Origin: Gammaproteobacteria bacterium
GTDB taxonomy: Bacteria > Pseudomonadota > Gammaproteobacteria > DRLM01
Assembly (NCBI GenBank): GCA_037381915.1
Contig: JARRQJ010000022.1
Coordinates: forward strand, 973 to 64,972
Length of the DNA: 64,000 nt
Reading direction: 5' to 3'
Under the pieces are notes generated by a model. That model had not been told where the DNA came from and searched no databases. It worked only from the letters and a program-made list of their open reading frames with translations. This document shows, piece after piece, positions 41,178 through 52,269 of this stretch (position 1 is the first letter of the stretch; every line of letters begins with the position of its first letter). Position numbers and translations under genes: made by a program.

Positions 41178-41984
41178 ATGGGATTTTTAAACGATAAACG
41201 AGCGTTGATTGTCGGGGTGGCCAGTAACCGTTCCATCGCCTGGGGAATCGCGCAGGCCATGCATCGCGAGGGAGCGGAACTCGCCTTCACCTATCAAAAC
41301 GAAAAGTTGCAGTCCCGCGTGGAAAAATTCGCCGCCGAATGCAACTCGGACATCACCCTCCCGTGCGACGTGGCCGACGACAGGGAGATCGAGGACGTCT
41401 TCAATCGCCTGGATGATTATTGGGACCATGTCGACATCATCATCCATTCGGTGGCCTACGCCCCGCGCGAAACCCTGGAGGGCGACTACCTGGACAATCT
41501 TTCCCGTGAAGGCTTCAATATCGCCCACGAGATTAGCTCCTACAGTTTCGCGGCCCTCGCCAAGGCGGGCCTTACCATGATGGAAGGACGCAACGGCGCC
41601 CTGCTCACCCTGAGTTATCTCGGCGCGGAACGGGTGCTTCCCAATTACAACGTCATGGGCCTGGCCAAGGCCAGCCTGGAGGCCAATGTCCGCTACATGG
41701 CGCAAAGCCTGGGACCGGATGGTATCCGCGTCAACGCCATCTCCGCGGGACCGATCAAGACCCTGGCCGCGGCCGGGATCGGCGATTTGCGGCGCATGCT
41801 CAACGTGGTGGGCAACAGCGCGCCGCTGCGCCGCAACGTCACCATTGAGGAAGTGGGAAATGCCGCTGCATTCCTGTGTTCCGATCTCGCCTCCGGCATC
41901 ACCGGCGAGATCGTCTATGTGGATGGCGGTTACCACATCATGGGGATGAACGCGCCCGAAAACGCACCGGGCAATGGTGAGTAG
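41178..41984 (+). CDS. fabI: enoyl-[acyl-carrier-protein] reductase (NADH)
   Basis: [39 protein letters not shown]…[24 protein letters not shown]…, very close to E. coli FabI. Confidence 0.95.
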   Translation: MGFLNDKRALIVGVASNRSIAWGIAQAMHREGAELAFTYQNEKLQSRVEKFAAECNSDITLPCDVADDREIEDVFNRLDDYWDHVDIIIHSVAYAPRETLEGDYLDNLSREGFNIAHEISSYSFAALAKAGLTMMEGRNGALLTLSYLGAERVLPNYNVMGLAKASLEANVRYMAQSLGPDGIRVNAISAGPIKTLAAAGIGDLRRMLNVVGNSAPLRRNVTIEEVGNAAAFLCSDLASGITGEIVYVDGGYHIMGMNAPENAPGNGE

Positions 41985-42031
41985 GCTGTTGCCGCTCGGA
42001 AGGGCTTTGCCGGCGGTGCGGCGATAGAGTA

Positions 42032-43246
42032 ATGCCCCATAGGCACGCCGTCATCCTGCTGAGCTTCATCGTTCTGGGCGTCGTCGGCGGCTCCTTTTGC
42101 GGCTGGTATTTCGGCACGGCGATGGAGGAAATCGCCTGGCTGGGCACTCTGTTTCTCAATGCCCTGAAGATGCTGATCCTGCCCTTGATTATCGCCGCGG
42201 TGGTCAGCGGCGTGGCGGCCCTGGGCGATATCCGCAAGCTGGGGAGGGTGGGCGGCGCCACCGTCCTTTACTTCGTCATAACCACCGGCATCGCGGTGGT
42301 TATCGGCCTGGCAATGGTCAACCTCATTCAACCGGGCGTCGGTCTGGCGCCGCACGGCGGGGAAATTCCCGAACACATCCGCACCAAGGCCGGGACGGGC
42401 ATCGCCGATATCCTGCTGGCCATGATCTCTCCCAATCTCGTGAGCTCCGCCGCGCACATGCAGCTTCTCCCCATCATCCTCTTCGCCATTCTCCTCTCCG
42501 CCGCGCTGACTACGGTGGGCAAGAAAGGCGAACACGTTATCGCCTTTTTCGACGGCCTCAACGAGGCCTTGATGAAGGTGGTGATCTGGGTGATGTACTT
42601 CGCCCCCGTCGGCATCTTCGCCCTGGTGGCCGCGCGCCTGGGCAAGGCGGGCGGGGGGGAAGCGTTCTTCGCTCAGCTCTCCGCGGTGGGGTGGCATGTG
42701 GTGACGGTATTGAGCGGCCTCACCCTCCATTTCATCGTCCTGAGCATCATTCTGATGCTGGCTGCCCGCCGTGGCATGCCGTTTGTCGGCACGCTGCTGC
42801 GAGCCCTGTTGACGGCCTTCGGCACCGCCAGTTCTTCCGCGACCCTGCCAATGACCATGGAATGCCTTCGGGAAAATAAAGTCGACGAGCGGGCGATACG
42901 GTTCGTGGTCCCGCTGGGCGCGACCGTCAACATGAACGGTACCGCCCTGTACGAAGCCGAGGCCGCCCTTTTCATCGCCCAGGCCTACGGCATCCACCTC
43001 GGCTTCGGCCAACAGGTCATCGTCTTCGTCACCGCCACCCTGGCCGCCATCGGCGCCGCCGGGATCCCCGAGGCGGGACTGGTCACCATGGTCATCGTCC
43101 TGAGCGCCGTGGGCCTGCCGCTGGAGGGGGTGAGCCTGCTGCTCGCGGTGGACTGGTTCCTGGACCGCTTCCGTACCGCAATCAATGTCTTCGGCGATTC
43201 CGTGGGGGCGGCCGTGGTGGAGCGTCATCTGCCAGCCGCCGAATGA
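42032..43246 (+). CDS. dicarboxylate/amino acid:cation symporter (DAACS; GltP/DctA family)
   Basis: 404 aa with ~10 TM segments and conserved hairpin-loop regions (…PLGATVNMNGTALYEA… and …GIPEAGLVTM…). Confidence 0.9.
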   Translation: MPHRHAVILLSFIVLGVVGGSFCGWYFGTAMEEIAWLGTLFLNALKMLILPLIIAAVVSGVAALGDIRKLGRVGGATVLYFVITTGIAVVIGLAMVNLIQPGVGLAPHGGEIPEHIRTKAGTGIADILLAMISPNLVSSAAHMQLLPIILFAILLSAALTTVGKKGEHVIAFFDGLNEALMKVVIWVMYFAPVGIFALVAARLGKAGGGEAFFAQLSAVGWHVVTVLSGLTLHFIVLSIILMLAARRGMPFVGTLLRALLTAFGTASSSATLPMTMECLRENKVDERAIRFVVPLGATVNMNGTALYEAEAALFIAQAYGIHLGFGQQVIVFVTATLAAIGAAGIPEAGLVTMVIVLSAVGLPLEGVSLLLAVDWFLDRFRTAINVFGDSVGAAVVERHLPAAE

Positions 43247-43404
43247 GCCGGCCTGGCCTGTTAAACGGCGACAAAAAATGAGAACCGGGTCACAAATCCC
43301 GCAATCGATTATTATACCCTAAAATCGCAGGGATATGATGCCTGGACGATCAACAGCTTATACCACCTTTTCGACCTTTGGCGGTTCCAGCAAAGGAGTT
43401 GTGC

Positions 43405-43587
43405 ATGGCAATCAATCCGACCACCAATATCGACCTGTCCGCGAGCTATCGGCCCAAACCACAATCCGAGCAACAGGAGGTTCATCAAGTGGCAAAGGAG
43501 TCGCACCTGACAAGGACAGCGACAACCAAAGTGTCCAATCGACGCTATCACAGCAACCAACCGTCAATACCAGTGGTCAAATTATAG
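43405..43587 (+). CDS. candidate small basic protein (60 aa), unknown function
   Basis: AAGGAG SD 6 nt before an ATG in a 500-bp gap between convergent genes. The sequence MAINPTTNIDLSASYRPKPQSEQQEVHQVAKESHL… matches no family. A competing 155-aa low-complexity ORF (43335..43802) lies in another frame. Confidence 0.25.
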   Translation: MAINPTTNIDLSASYRPKPQSEQQEVHQVAKESHLTRTATTKVSNRRYHSNQPSIPVVKL

Positions 43588-43748
43588 TACCATCATTGAC
43601 ACCACGGCTTGAGCGGGCGATACCGACCTTAACCACCTCCCCGCCGCATTCCTGTTGCAGCAACACTGTTGCCGGGTACTTGCACTTAATTTACCAGTTG
43701 GTCTGGCTTACCCATCCCATTGAGGTCTTGAAGCCTGCAAATCCGTTG

Positions 43749-45131
43749 TTACGGGATCCCCAGGGTGGTAGCGCAATTTACGGCAGTGTCAAGCGCCCCT
43801 GATCCTGCATAACACACATTACTCCCTGGGCCGCCATCAAGGGTATCATTGCCCGACTGGCCAATAAGCGTATCGTTACCGTCACCGCCGTTCAAAACAT
43901 CATTACCACTCTGTCCGATAAGCTTGTCACTACCGTCTCCGCCGTTTATGACATCATTGCTAGCATTGCCGATCAGAAAGTCGCCGCCCATATCGCCGTT
44001 GAGTAGATCAATGCCGTCAAGTCCGATGAGCTTATCATTGCCGGGCCCACCGTCCAGTTTGTCATCTCCCGCGCCACCGATGATGAGATCGCCGCCATCA
44101 CCACCGTAGATAGTGTCGTTGCCATCTTTGCCGAGAATGACATCAGGACCGCCGTCACCGTAAATAGTATCATCACCGCTTCCGCCCTTTACGATGTCCT
44201 TCGTCTTTCCGCCACTGATGAGGTCGTCTCCGTTCTCACCGAACAATTTATTAAGACCCACCGCATCAATGATCGTGTCGTTCCCCTCTCCGCCGAACAC
44301 CTCATCACTTCCGTCTCCGCTGCAGATGACGTCATCACCGCCGCCCGCCTTAATCACATCGTTCCCGCCCAGTGACATGATGACATCGGGGCCATTGCTC
44401 CCTACAATCACATCCCTACCCCGGGTACCTAGCAGCGTCGGCCGCAGGCCGTTACATCCCCCAGGCGCATTCTCCGGCGCATTGACGTAGATGATGGGTT
44501 CGTTAGCATCCTGATCACCGCCGCTCAACCCGCCTTCGTTATAGGCAAGTAGAAATCCTCCATTGGTTCTATTGCTCTTGATTAGGTAGGTATTCGACAT
44601 ATCCAGATCAGCGTTACCCACGTAGAAGCTGAAATTTGAATCCGCCGGCAAATTGTTTGCGGCAAGAAGATCGGGAACACTAACAACCCCCGCGGCCCAA
44701 TCCGACCCGATCAGCCCCATGGGATTGTTGATCCAACCTCGAGTGGGGGAAGTCCATGGTCCAGGGGTGTAGATGGGGATGCGTTGGTCGCCGACCTTGA
44801 TCCCAAACGTGGACCGGGATGAAGAGTCGTCGGCCACGACTGTAACGTTGTGCATGTGATCCGCCACGGCATGCCACGTCGTCTTCATGGTACCGCCGTG
44901 ATCGGCAACCAGTGCCTCCAGTCCCGACTTGGAAGTCGTGTCATAGGGGACGCCGACAACTTCAGTCAAAAAAATCGTATTGTAGACTTCTGCTACCGAC
45001 AATTCATTTGGGTAGGTCCAACCGCCGCTAACGGTCGTCAGGGCCGGTGAATCGCTGGCTACCGATTGAACTCCTCCACCCCCGCCGCCGCACCCCAACA
45101 GCGATGACCCCAGCAACAGCGATATGACCAT
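43749..45131 (-). CDS. lipoprotein with C-terminal RTX calcium-binding nonapeptide repeats and a ~200-aa N-terminal domain of unknown function
   Basis: Lipobox LLGCGGGG. At least 12 GGxGxDxxx repeats (GGNDVIKAGGGDDVI…GGDGNDTLIGQSGNDTLDGGPG). Start set at MVISLLL (45131); the ORF track's 45176 start is in AT-rich leader. Confidence 0.8.
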   Translation of the reverse strand: MVISLLLGSSLLGCGGGGGGVQSVASDSPALTTVSGGWTYPNELSVAEVYNTIFLTEVVGVPYDTTSKSGLEALVADHGGTMKTTWHAVADHMHNVTVVADDSSSRSTFGIKVGDQRIPIYTPGPWTSPTRGWINNPMGLIGSDWAAGVVSVPDLLAANNLPADSNFSFYVGNADLDMSNTYLIKSNRTNGGFLLAYNEGGLSGGDQDANEPIIYVNAPENAPGGCNGLRPTLLGTRGRDVIVGSNGPDVIMSLGGNDVIKAGGGDDVICSGDGSDEVFGGEGNDTIIDAVGLNKLFGENGDDLISGGKTKDIVKGGSGDDTIYGDGGPDVILGKDGNDTIYGGDGGDLIIGGAGDDKLDGGPGNDKLIGLDGIDLLNGDMGGDFLIGNASNDVINGGDGSDKLIGQSGNDVLNGGDGNDTLIGQSGNDTLDGGPGSNVCYAGSGALDTAVNCATTLGIP

Positions 45132-45724
45132 TCTTGAGCTGTTATTATAAATAATATGGTTATTATTCTTAACCATCTTAAACCCCCCTTCCTCTTTGGC
45201 GCTATTCCATTGGAATAACTAGAGGTATATTTATAACGATCAATTCACCGCGTCCTTACCCCCTGTGATTCATCCTCCCTAAATCCTCACGTTGCAGCTT
45301 AAGACCGAACTCATCGCCTGAAAATAGACCCCCAAAGCCCAGAAAAGACTGAAAAGCCTTTGCCCCCCGTCAATTCACCCGTTCCCCGGACTTTGGTGAA
45401 ACCGCGGCTAGTTAAGCTCAGCCTATGCGTTATTTCACAAGATGTCTAATAACTGACAAGGGATACCCTTGCTTTGGCCAATGATATAATATTGAATGAA
45501 ATGCAATATCGGCTTTCTTACCATTGAATTACAAGATACGTTGGGCGTTGAATATCTGTTTCCCTTGCGCCTGATAGTCAAACAGAGCAAGGCCGCAGCC
45601 ACCACTGCGATTGAACACCTAGAGTCAATTTAATGTGCCTCCGCACGCTCAACGTAACGCCTCCATCCCTCGAGTCACTGACCTCAGAGAAGACAAAACT
45701 CCGGCATCAACCAGAGCCCGCAAA

Positions 45725-46420
45725 ATGAGAAAAATGTCCTTTGCAAAAATAATGATCCTCGCGGCAATCCTTACCCCCGTCTCCACCGCCTTCGCCCAAT
45801 ACCCGGGATTATATGTCGGCTTAGGCTTGAACCGGACTTCCACGCATGTCGACGGCATCACGGTGGATAACCAGCCGATATCCGACATAATCTCCGGTCC
45901 AGTGACGCGATTCAGTTCATCTACCGGTTCGGCGGGAAGCACCACCTGGATGCTGTACGGAGGCTATCGTTTCACTCGATTTCTCGCCATTGAGGCGCTC
46001 TATGCCTCGCTCGGCGAATATTCGAGATCGGCAAGCGGTGTAGCACGTATTCCTAGATTGCCCTATCCCTACACGACTCTGGATAGGCTTACACTCGACG
46101 GCTTCGGTCTAACCGGGTTGGCCGACTACCCGTTTAACGACCATTTGTCCATATTCGGGAAGTTCGGCATATTTCACTGGAGCGGCAAGCTGACTCATAC
46201 GACATCATTTACTACGACCGGCCTGCCCAAGGACAACGTCTATTCCAGCGAGAAGGACAGCGGGCTAAGCCCGATTTTCGGAATAGGCGCACAATACAAT
46301 TTTGTTCACGCCGTCACCGGGGTCATCGAATGGATGCAGATCAGCAAAGTCGGTGGCAATCTGTCCACCGGAGAAGACACGGTTAACCTGTATACAATAG
46401 GTGCTCAGATCCACTTCTAG
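45725..46420 (+). CDS. outer-membrane beta-barrel protein (OmpA-like / OmpW / opacity-porin family)
   Basis: Signal peptide (MRKMSFAKIMILAAILTPVSTAFAQ), alternating amphipathic beta-strands, and a C-terminal …YTIGAQIHF ending in Phe. Confidence 0.75.
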   Translation: MRKMSFAKIMILAAILTPVSTAFAQYPGLYVGLGLNRTSTHVDGITVDNQPISDIISGPVTRFSSSTGSAGSTTWMLYGGYRFTRFLAIEALYASLGEYSRSASGVARIPRLPYPYTTLDRLTLDGFGLTGLADYPFNDHLSIFGKFGIFHWSGKLTHTTSFTTTGLPKDNVYSSEKDSGLSPIFGIGAQYNFVHAVTGVIEWMQISKVGGNLSTGEDTVNLYTIGAQIHF

Positions 46421-46512
46421 TTGCGGCATCCGGCGATGCCGACGGCCGGTACGAATACCGAAGTCATCGTCATGATATGGAGCAAGCGTGCTTCAGGCGA
46501 CCGCTCTGCAAT

Positions 46513-48423
46513 TTATAGCTTGTCCGGATGTCGGGTAATCTTCATCTTGCGCTTCAAGGCATCACCGTAATCCTTGAAGGCCACCTGACCGTATTCCTGA
46601 ATCAATGAATTCTTCAATGCCGTAACGGTTTTTTTGTCGGCGCTGGCCGGATCACCTTCTTTTAAGGCGTAGACCCCATAGACGGCGAAATCACCCGAGC
46701 TCAGTGCCTTACCACCGAACTCGGGCTTGTCAGCGGCCGGAGGCGGGAGTTGAAATGCGCCGGTGACGATTTGAGGATCGGCTTTGCTCCCTTCCCTGCC
46801 GACAAACCCCAATCTTTGCCACTTCAATTTCGATTTCGCAGTTACGGTGGCGACATCCGCCCCTGATTTAATCTGCTGGATTATGTCTTCGCCAACCTGC
46901 TTGGCGCGGGCCTTTGCCGCGTCCAGGCGCAGCTCTTGACGAATGCCGTCGCGGACTTCATCCAGGGGCTTGAGCGCGGCCGGCTTGTGTGCCTTTAAAT
47001 GAATCACCACCACATGATCGTCGGTTATCTCGATAGCCTCGCTGTTCTTGCCGCCCAACAACACATCGTCGGAGAATGCCGCTTCTCTTACCTTGCGGTT
47101 GGCGGCGACTCCAGCCCCGTTGTCTCGGGTGAAAAATCCGGTGCTCTGAATGGGGATATGTAGCTGCTGTGAAGCGGCGGTTAAGTTATCCTCATGTTCA
47201 AAAACGATATTGGATAAGTTTTCGGCCTCGGAATAGAACTTGTCTTCCGCCTTTTGACGTTTCAGATTGCGTTCGACCTGACTGCGGACCTCCTTGAAAG
47301 GCTTGCGCTTGCCGCCGCGAATGGCCTCGAGCTTGATAAGATGAAAACCGAAAGTACTGCGCACCGGCTCGCTGACCTGCCCCACCTTGAGGGCGAAGGC
47401 GGCCTTCTCGAAGGCCTTGTCCATCACGCCCCGGCCGAAAAAGCCCAGGTCGCCCCCCTCCTTCGCGGAGCCGGGGTCCTGCGAGTACTTTTTGGCCAAC
47501 GCGGAAAAGGACTCCCCTTTGCGAATGCGTGCCAATAGTTCCTCCGCCTTCTTCTTTGCGGCGGCCACCTTGTCCGGAGGTGCATCGCTGGCTACCTGAA
47601 TGAGTATGTGCTGGGCGCGCCTTTCTTCCGGCGTGGTAAAGTCCGACGCCCGCTCTTTATAGCGCTGTCGCACCGCATCCTCGCTCACCTGAATGTTCTT
47701 GGCCAGACCGTCTACGGACAGATCCAGGTAGTCGACACTGACTTGCTCCGGCGTCCGGAAGCGATCGGGATTATCCGTGTAATATTTTTCGATGGCCTTA
47801 TCATCCACCTTGGCGTCGCCAACATAGGCCGCCGTCGGCACAACGGTGTAGCCGATATCCCTTTGCTGCAGCTTGATACGCAACAGGGCGTCGAGTCCGG
47901 GCTTGGTCACGAAGGCGGTGTTGACTATCCCCTGAGTCAACTGCTGGATCACCAAGTCGTTGCCGACCATCTTCTCGAAGGTCCCCACCGACAGCCCCTG
48001 AGCACGCAGCAGGCGGCGGTAGAGCGTCTCATCAAACTTGCCCTTGCTCTGCAGATTGGGAATCGCGCGGATCTCGCTGCCGACGCGCACTGCACTCACG
48101 CGCATACCGGCGTCGTGGGCGCCCTGCACAAGCACTTCACGCTCGATCAAATTTTCCAGCACCCCCTTTTTAAGCTGCGCGTCATTGATGAGGGAGGGGT
48201 CAAACTTCTTACCCATCATCGCCTGGATGCGGTTTCTTTGCTGTTGATAAGCGCGCTTGAATTCAATATCGGAGATCTTCTTGTCGCCGACCACAGCGAC
48301 GTTGACGTCGGCCTCGGTGGTCTGATACTGATGGACCCCCCACAATGCAAATGGAATGATTATTAAGATGATAATTGCCCAGGCGAACCATCCCTGGGCG
48401 CGTTCGCGGATGAATTCAAGCAT
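46513..48423 (-). CDS. ppiD: periplasmic folding chaperone / peptidyl-prolyl isomerase D
   Basis: N-terminal TM anchor (WFAWAIIILIIIPFALWGV), SurA-like chaperone domains and a parvulin domain. Conserved position downstream of hupB. Confidence 0.9.
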   Translation of the reverse strand: MLEFIRERAQGWFAWAIIILIIIPFALWGVHQYQTTEADVNVAVVGDKKISDIEFKRAYQQQRNRIQAMMGKKFDPSLINDAQLKKGVLENLIEREVLVQGAHDAGMRVSAVRVGSEIRAIPNLQSKGKFDETLYRRLLRAQGLSVGTFEKMVGNDLVIQQLTQGIVNTAFVTKPGLDALLRIKLQQRDIGYTVVPTAAYVGDAKVDDKAIEKYYTDNPDRFRTPEQVSVDYLDLSVDGLAKNIQVSEDAVRQRYKERASDFTTPEERRAQHILIQVASDAPPDKVAAAKKKAEELLARIRKGESFSALAKKYSQDPGSAKEGGDLGFFGRGVMDKAFEKAAFALKVGQVSEPVRSTFGFHLIKLEAIRGGKRKPFKEVRSQVERNLKRQKAEDKFYSEAENLSNIVFEHEDNLTAASQQLHIPIQSTGFFTRDNGAGVAANRKVREAAFSDDVLLGGKNSEAIEITDDHVVVIHLKAHKPAALKPLDEVRDGIRQELRLDAAKARAKQVGEDIIQQIKSGADVATVTAKSKLKWQRLGFVGREGSKADPQIVTGAFQLPPPAADKPEFGGKALSSGDFAVYGVYALKEGDPASADKKTVTALKNSLIQEYGQVAFKDYGDALKRKMKITRHPDKL

Positions 48424-48563
48424 AACCGGTGAAGCTCTCCCCCATCGTAAATCGATGCCAATAGTAGTTGGATATGGACGGCATTAGCTTACAGGATTGT
48501 AACAGGGCATAGGCGAAGATTTAAAAAGGCGCCCCCCGTAAAAGAAGCGCGCCCTTGATTATA

Positions 48564-48640
48564 TGGCGGAGTGGACGGGACTCGAACCCGCGACCCCCTG
48601 CGTGACAGGCAGGTATTCTAACCGGCTGAACTACCACTCC
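48564..48640 (-). tRNA. tRNA-Asp (GUC)
   Basis: Reverse complement reads GGAGTGGTAGTTCAGCCGGTTAGAATACCTGCCTGTCACGCAGGGGGTCGCGGGTTCGAGTCCCGTCCACTCCGCCA, near-identical to E. coli tRNA-Asp. Confidence 0.95.
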
Positions 48641-48648
48641 CGAACACA

Positions 48649-48724
48649 TGGTGGGTGCTGAGGGGATCGAACCCCCGACATTCGCCTTGTAAGGGCGACG
48701 CTCTCCCAGCTGAGCTAAGCACCC
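48649..48724 (-). tRNA. tRNA-Val (UAC)
   Basis: Reverse complement reads GGGTGCTTAGCTCAGCTGGGAGAGCGTCGCCCTTACAAGGCGAATGTCGGGGGTTCGATCCCCTCAGCACCCACCA. Confidence 0.95.
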
Positions 48725-48735
48725 CAGCAAGGCCG

Positions 48736-49008
48736 CTATTGTACGGCGTCCTTTAGGGCTTTTCCAGCCTTGAACGTGGGGATTTTAGCGGCCTTAATGG
48801 CAATGGCCTCGCCGGTTTGGGGGTTACGGCCGGTCCTGGCGGCCCGTTCCTTGACGCTGAAAGTGCCGAAGCCCACCAAGGTCACCTGGTCGCTTTGCTG
48901 CAGCGCGCCGGTTATCGACTCCACCATGGCATCAACTGCGCGGGTCGCCGCCACTTTCGAAATGTCCGCCGAAGCCGCAACCACGTCGATTAATTCGGAT
49001 TTGTTCAC
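48736..49008 (-). CDS. hupB: DNA-binding protein HU (beta-like)
   Basis: (V)[35 protein letters not shown]…[26 protein letters not shown]…. GTG start with a GGAG SD; the ORF track's upstream ATG is at 49023. Confidence 0.9.
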   Translation of the reverse strand: MNKSELIDVVAASADISKVAATRAVDAMVESITGALQQSDQVTLVGFGTFSVKERAARTGRNPQTGEAIAIKAAKIPTFKAGKALKDAVQ

Positions 49009-49390
49009 CTCTAATCTCCCCATAATGTTTCAGTGACGCCATTAGCGGATCACTAGTCGAACCATGAACCCAATGCTGTAAAACTTCTCCGAATTCTCAA
49101 AACAGAAACGAGCACATCATGGTCAGTCATCAATGGTAGATGTCTCACCACCAAGCCCAACGAAGCTACATCGGAAAGAAAAAAGTTTCAGCGCCTGTGG
49201 AACGCGCTTTTATACCTCTTGCATAAAAGGCTGTCAAGTTAGACAGTCCGTTTGACTTCCATATAAATGGAATCGCCGTTTTCACGCTGCGACTAGCATA
49301 GTTTGTAATTAAGTTAGGGTTGTCAACTATGCCTTGCTCAAAAAAACGAGTGCCGCGTCAAGCGGCACTCGCAATATCAACATCCTACAA

Positions 49391-51847
49391 TTAATGAGCG
49401 CGAATTTGGCTGCCTTTCCTATTCTTGCCGCCCTTCTTGCCGCCGCGCACCACCTCGCTTGACTCCCGCTCGGTCAGCCGCGGTTCGGGCATATGTTGCA
49501 GCGCCAATTGAAGAACCTCGTCAATCCACTTGACCGGCTTGATTTCCAGGTCCTGCTTGATGTTCTTCGGAATCTCCGAAAGTTCCCGTTTGTTTTCGAC
49601 CGGGATCAAAACGGTGCGAATCCCGCCGCGATGCGCGGCAAGCAACTTCTCTTTAAGACCGCCGATGGGCAGCACCTCGCCGCGCAAGGTAATCTCTCCG
49701 GTCATCGCCACGTCGGCCCGGACCGGGATGCCGCATAGCGCGGAAACCAGCGCGGTACACATCCCGATCCCCGCGCTGGGGCCGTCCTTGGGAATGGCCC
49801 CTTCCGGGACGTGGATGTGCACGTCATTCTTCTGATAGAAGTCGGGATCGACCCCCAGCATTTGCGCACGGCTGCGCACCACGGTCATGGCGGCCTGAAC
49901 GGACTCCTGCATCACCGCACCCAATTGACCGGTAATCGTAAGCTTGCCTTTCCCCGCCACCACCGCGGCCTCAATGGTAAGCAGATCGCCGCCGACCTCC
50001 GTCCAGGCAAGCCCGGTGACCTGACCGATGGCATCGTGCTCCTCGGCGCGCCCGTAACGGAAGCGTTTCACCCCGAGATACTTTTCCAGATCACGCGGCT
50101 TGACCACGATCTTTTTCTTGGACGGCTTTAGCAGGATCTCTTTGACCACCTTGCGGCAAATCTTGGCGCACTCGCGCTCCAGATTACGCACACCGGCTTC
50201 GCGCGTGTAATAGCGAATGATATCGCGGATCACGTCTTCCGCGATCACCAGTTCACTCTCTTTCAAGCCGTTGGCCTTGATCTGCTTCGGCACCAGATAA
50301 CGCAAGGCGATATTGACCTTTTCGTCCTCCGTGTAACCGGACAGACGAATCACTTCCATGCGATCCAGCAAGGGCGCCGGGATATTCAGGCTGTTCGCCG
50401 TACATACGAACATCACCTCGGATAGGTCGTAGTCCACTTCCAGGTAGTGGTCGTTGAAGGTGTTGTTCTGCTCGGGATCGAGTACCTCCAACATGGCCGA
50501 CGCCGGATCGCCACGGAAATCCATGGACATCTTGTCCACTTCGTCCAGCAGAAATAACGGATTGCGCGTCCCGACCTTGGCCAGGTTCTGAATGATCTTC
50601 CCGGGCAGGGCGCCGATATACGTGCGCCGGTGACCGCGGATCTCGGCCTCATCGCGCACCCCGCCCAGGGCCATACGCGCGAATTGGCGATTGGTGGCCC
50701 GGGCGATGGAACGGCCCAGCGACGTCTTACCCACCCCGGGCGGCCCTACCAGGCACAGGATCGGGCCCTTGAGCTTCTCGACCCGACTCTGCACCGCGAG
50801 ATATTCCAGGATACGCTCCTTGACCTTTTCCAGGCCGTGGTGGTCTTCCTCGAGCACCTTTTCCGCATCGGCCAGGTCGTGGCAAATCTTGGCCCGCTTC
50901 TTCCACGGCACGCTGACCATCCAGTCAATGTAATTGCGCACCACCGTGGCCTCCGCGGACATCGGCGACATCATCTTGAGTTTGTTCAACTCGGCCTTGG
51001 ACTTCGCCTTGGCCTCCTTGGGCATCCCTGCCTTGTCGATCTTGCGCGCCAACTCTTCCACTTCATTGGGCATATCCTCCAGCTCGCCCAGTTCTTTCTG
51101 GATCGCTTTCATCTGCTCGTTCAGATAGTACTCGCGCTGGCTCTTTTCCATTTGCCGCTTGACGCGGCCGCGGATGCGTTTTTCCACCTGCAATAAATCG
51201 ATTTCAGACTCGAGGATGGCCATCAAACGTTCCATCCTGGTGCGCACATTGTGGATTTCGAGAATGCCCTGCTTCTCTTCAATCTTGAGCGACAGGTGGG
51301 CGGCGATGGTGTCGGCCAAGCGGCCCGGCTCGTCGATGCCGGCCAGCGAAGACAGAATCTCCGGCGGGACTTTGTTATTGAGCTTCACGTATTGGTCGAA
51401 CTGGCCCAGCACGGCGCGCGTCAGGACCTCCGCTTCACGATCTTCCGCGGGCAAGGCCTCCAACGGCTCGATCTGAGCGGCGAAATAACTGTCTTTCTCG
51501 CGCAAGTTGGAGACGCGTGCGCGCTCCGTCCCTTCCACCAGCACCTTGATGGTGCCGTCCGGCAGTTTCAATAACTGCAAAATACTGGATATGGTACCCA
51601 CGCTGTAGATATCGTCGGCGCCCGGGTCGTCCACCGCGGCGCTGCGCTGAGCAACGAGCAGTATCCGCTTGTCGCCCTCCATCGCGGCTTCCAGAGCCTG
51701 GATGGATTTCTCGCGGCCGACGAACAGCGGAATCACCATATGCGGATATACCACCACATCGCGCAACGGCAATACTGGGATCAGAACCGTCTGCCGGCTT
51801 GCCACTTTCGATTTATTACTCTGATTCTCCATGCTGGAGTACCTCAC
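49391..51847 (-). CDS. lon: ATP-dependent protease La
   Basis: [27 protein letters not shown]…, AAA+ Walker [10 protein letters not shown], and the Ser-Lys dyad region PKDGPSAGI…. 818 aa. Confidence 0.97.
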   Translation of the reverse strand: MRYSSMENQSNKSKVASRQTVLIPVLPLRDVVVYPHMVIPLFVGREKSIQALEAAMEGDKRILLVAQRSAAVDDPGADDIYSVGTISSILQLLKLPDGTIKVLVEGTERARVSNLREKDSYFAAQIEPLEALPAEDREAEVLTRAVLGQFDQYVKLNNKVPPEILSSLAGIDEPGRLADTIAAHLSLKIEEKQGILEIHNVRTRMERLMAILESEIDLLQVEKRIRGRVKRQMEKSQREYYLNEQMKAIQKELGELEDMPNEVEELARKIDKAGMPKEAKAKSKAELNKLKMMSPMSAEATVVRNYIDWMVSVPWKKRAKICHDLADAEKVLEEDHHGLEKVKERILEYLAVQSRVEKLKGPILCLVGPPGVGKTSLGRSIARATNRQFARMALGGVRDEAEIRGHRRTYIGALPGKIIQNLAKVGTRNPLFLLDEVDKMSMDFRGDPASAMLEVLDPEQNNTFNDHYLEVDYDLSEVMFVCTANSLNIPAPLLDRMEVIRLSGYTEDEKVNIALRYLVPKQIKANGLKESELVIAEDVIRDIIRYYTREAGVRNLERECAKICRKVVKEILLKPSKKKIVVKPRDLEKYLGVKRFRYGRAEEHDAIGQVTGLAWTEVGGDLLTIEAAVVAGKGKLTITGQLGAVMQESVQAAMTVVRSRAQMLGVDPDFYQKNDVHIHVPEGAIPKDGPSAGIGMCTALVSALCGIPVRADVAMTGEITLRGEVLPIGGLKEKLLAAHRGGIRTVLIPVENKRELSEIPKNIKQDLEIKPVKWIDEVLQLALQHMPEPRLTERESSEVVRGGKKGGKNRKGSQIRAH

Positions 51848-52269
51848 TTGTAAGATTGTTTCGCGCCGATGTGAAGAACGTATTCAGGACAAGAAAAAGC
51901 GATGATCGAATCCCCCATCCATGAATAGCCCCTGATTCTTTTAAACTTTCCTTAGCGGTAATTCAACACCATCCCTCTATACCATTCCTATCGACCGGAA
52001 TTCACGAACTCTTTATGTCCAAATGCCAAGCTCCTCTACGATTATAGATGTGGTCGGCGAGGGACAAGTTCAAGTAACATTTGCCCGTTAATTTCCAGGC
52101 AAGCCGTCGCGTTCCCGAGCAGCGCATTGTGCTCAATTCTTCATCATATCAACTAGCTTAGCCGATCAAGTTAAAGAGATATGCAGGACAGCAGAAAGGA
52201 AAACGGGGGAAAGTGGGCACTTTCCCCCGGCAACTTAATGGAGCATCGTTGGGACCGGAACGGCGATAA

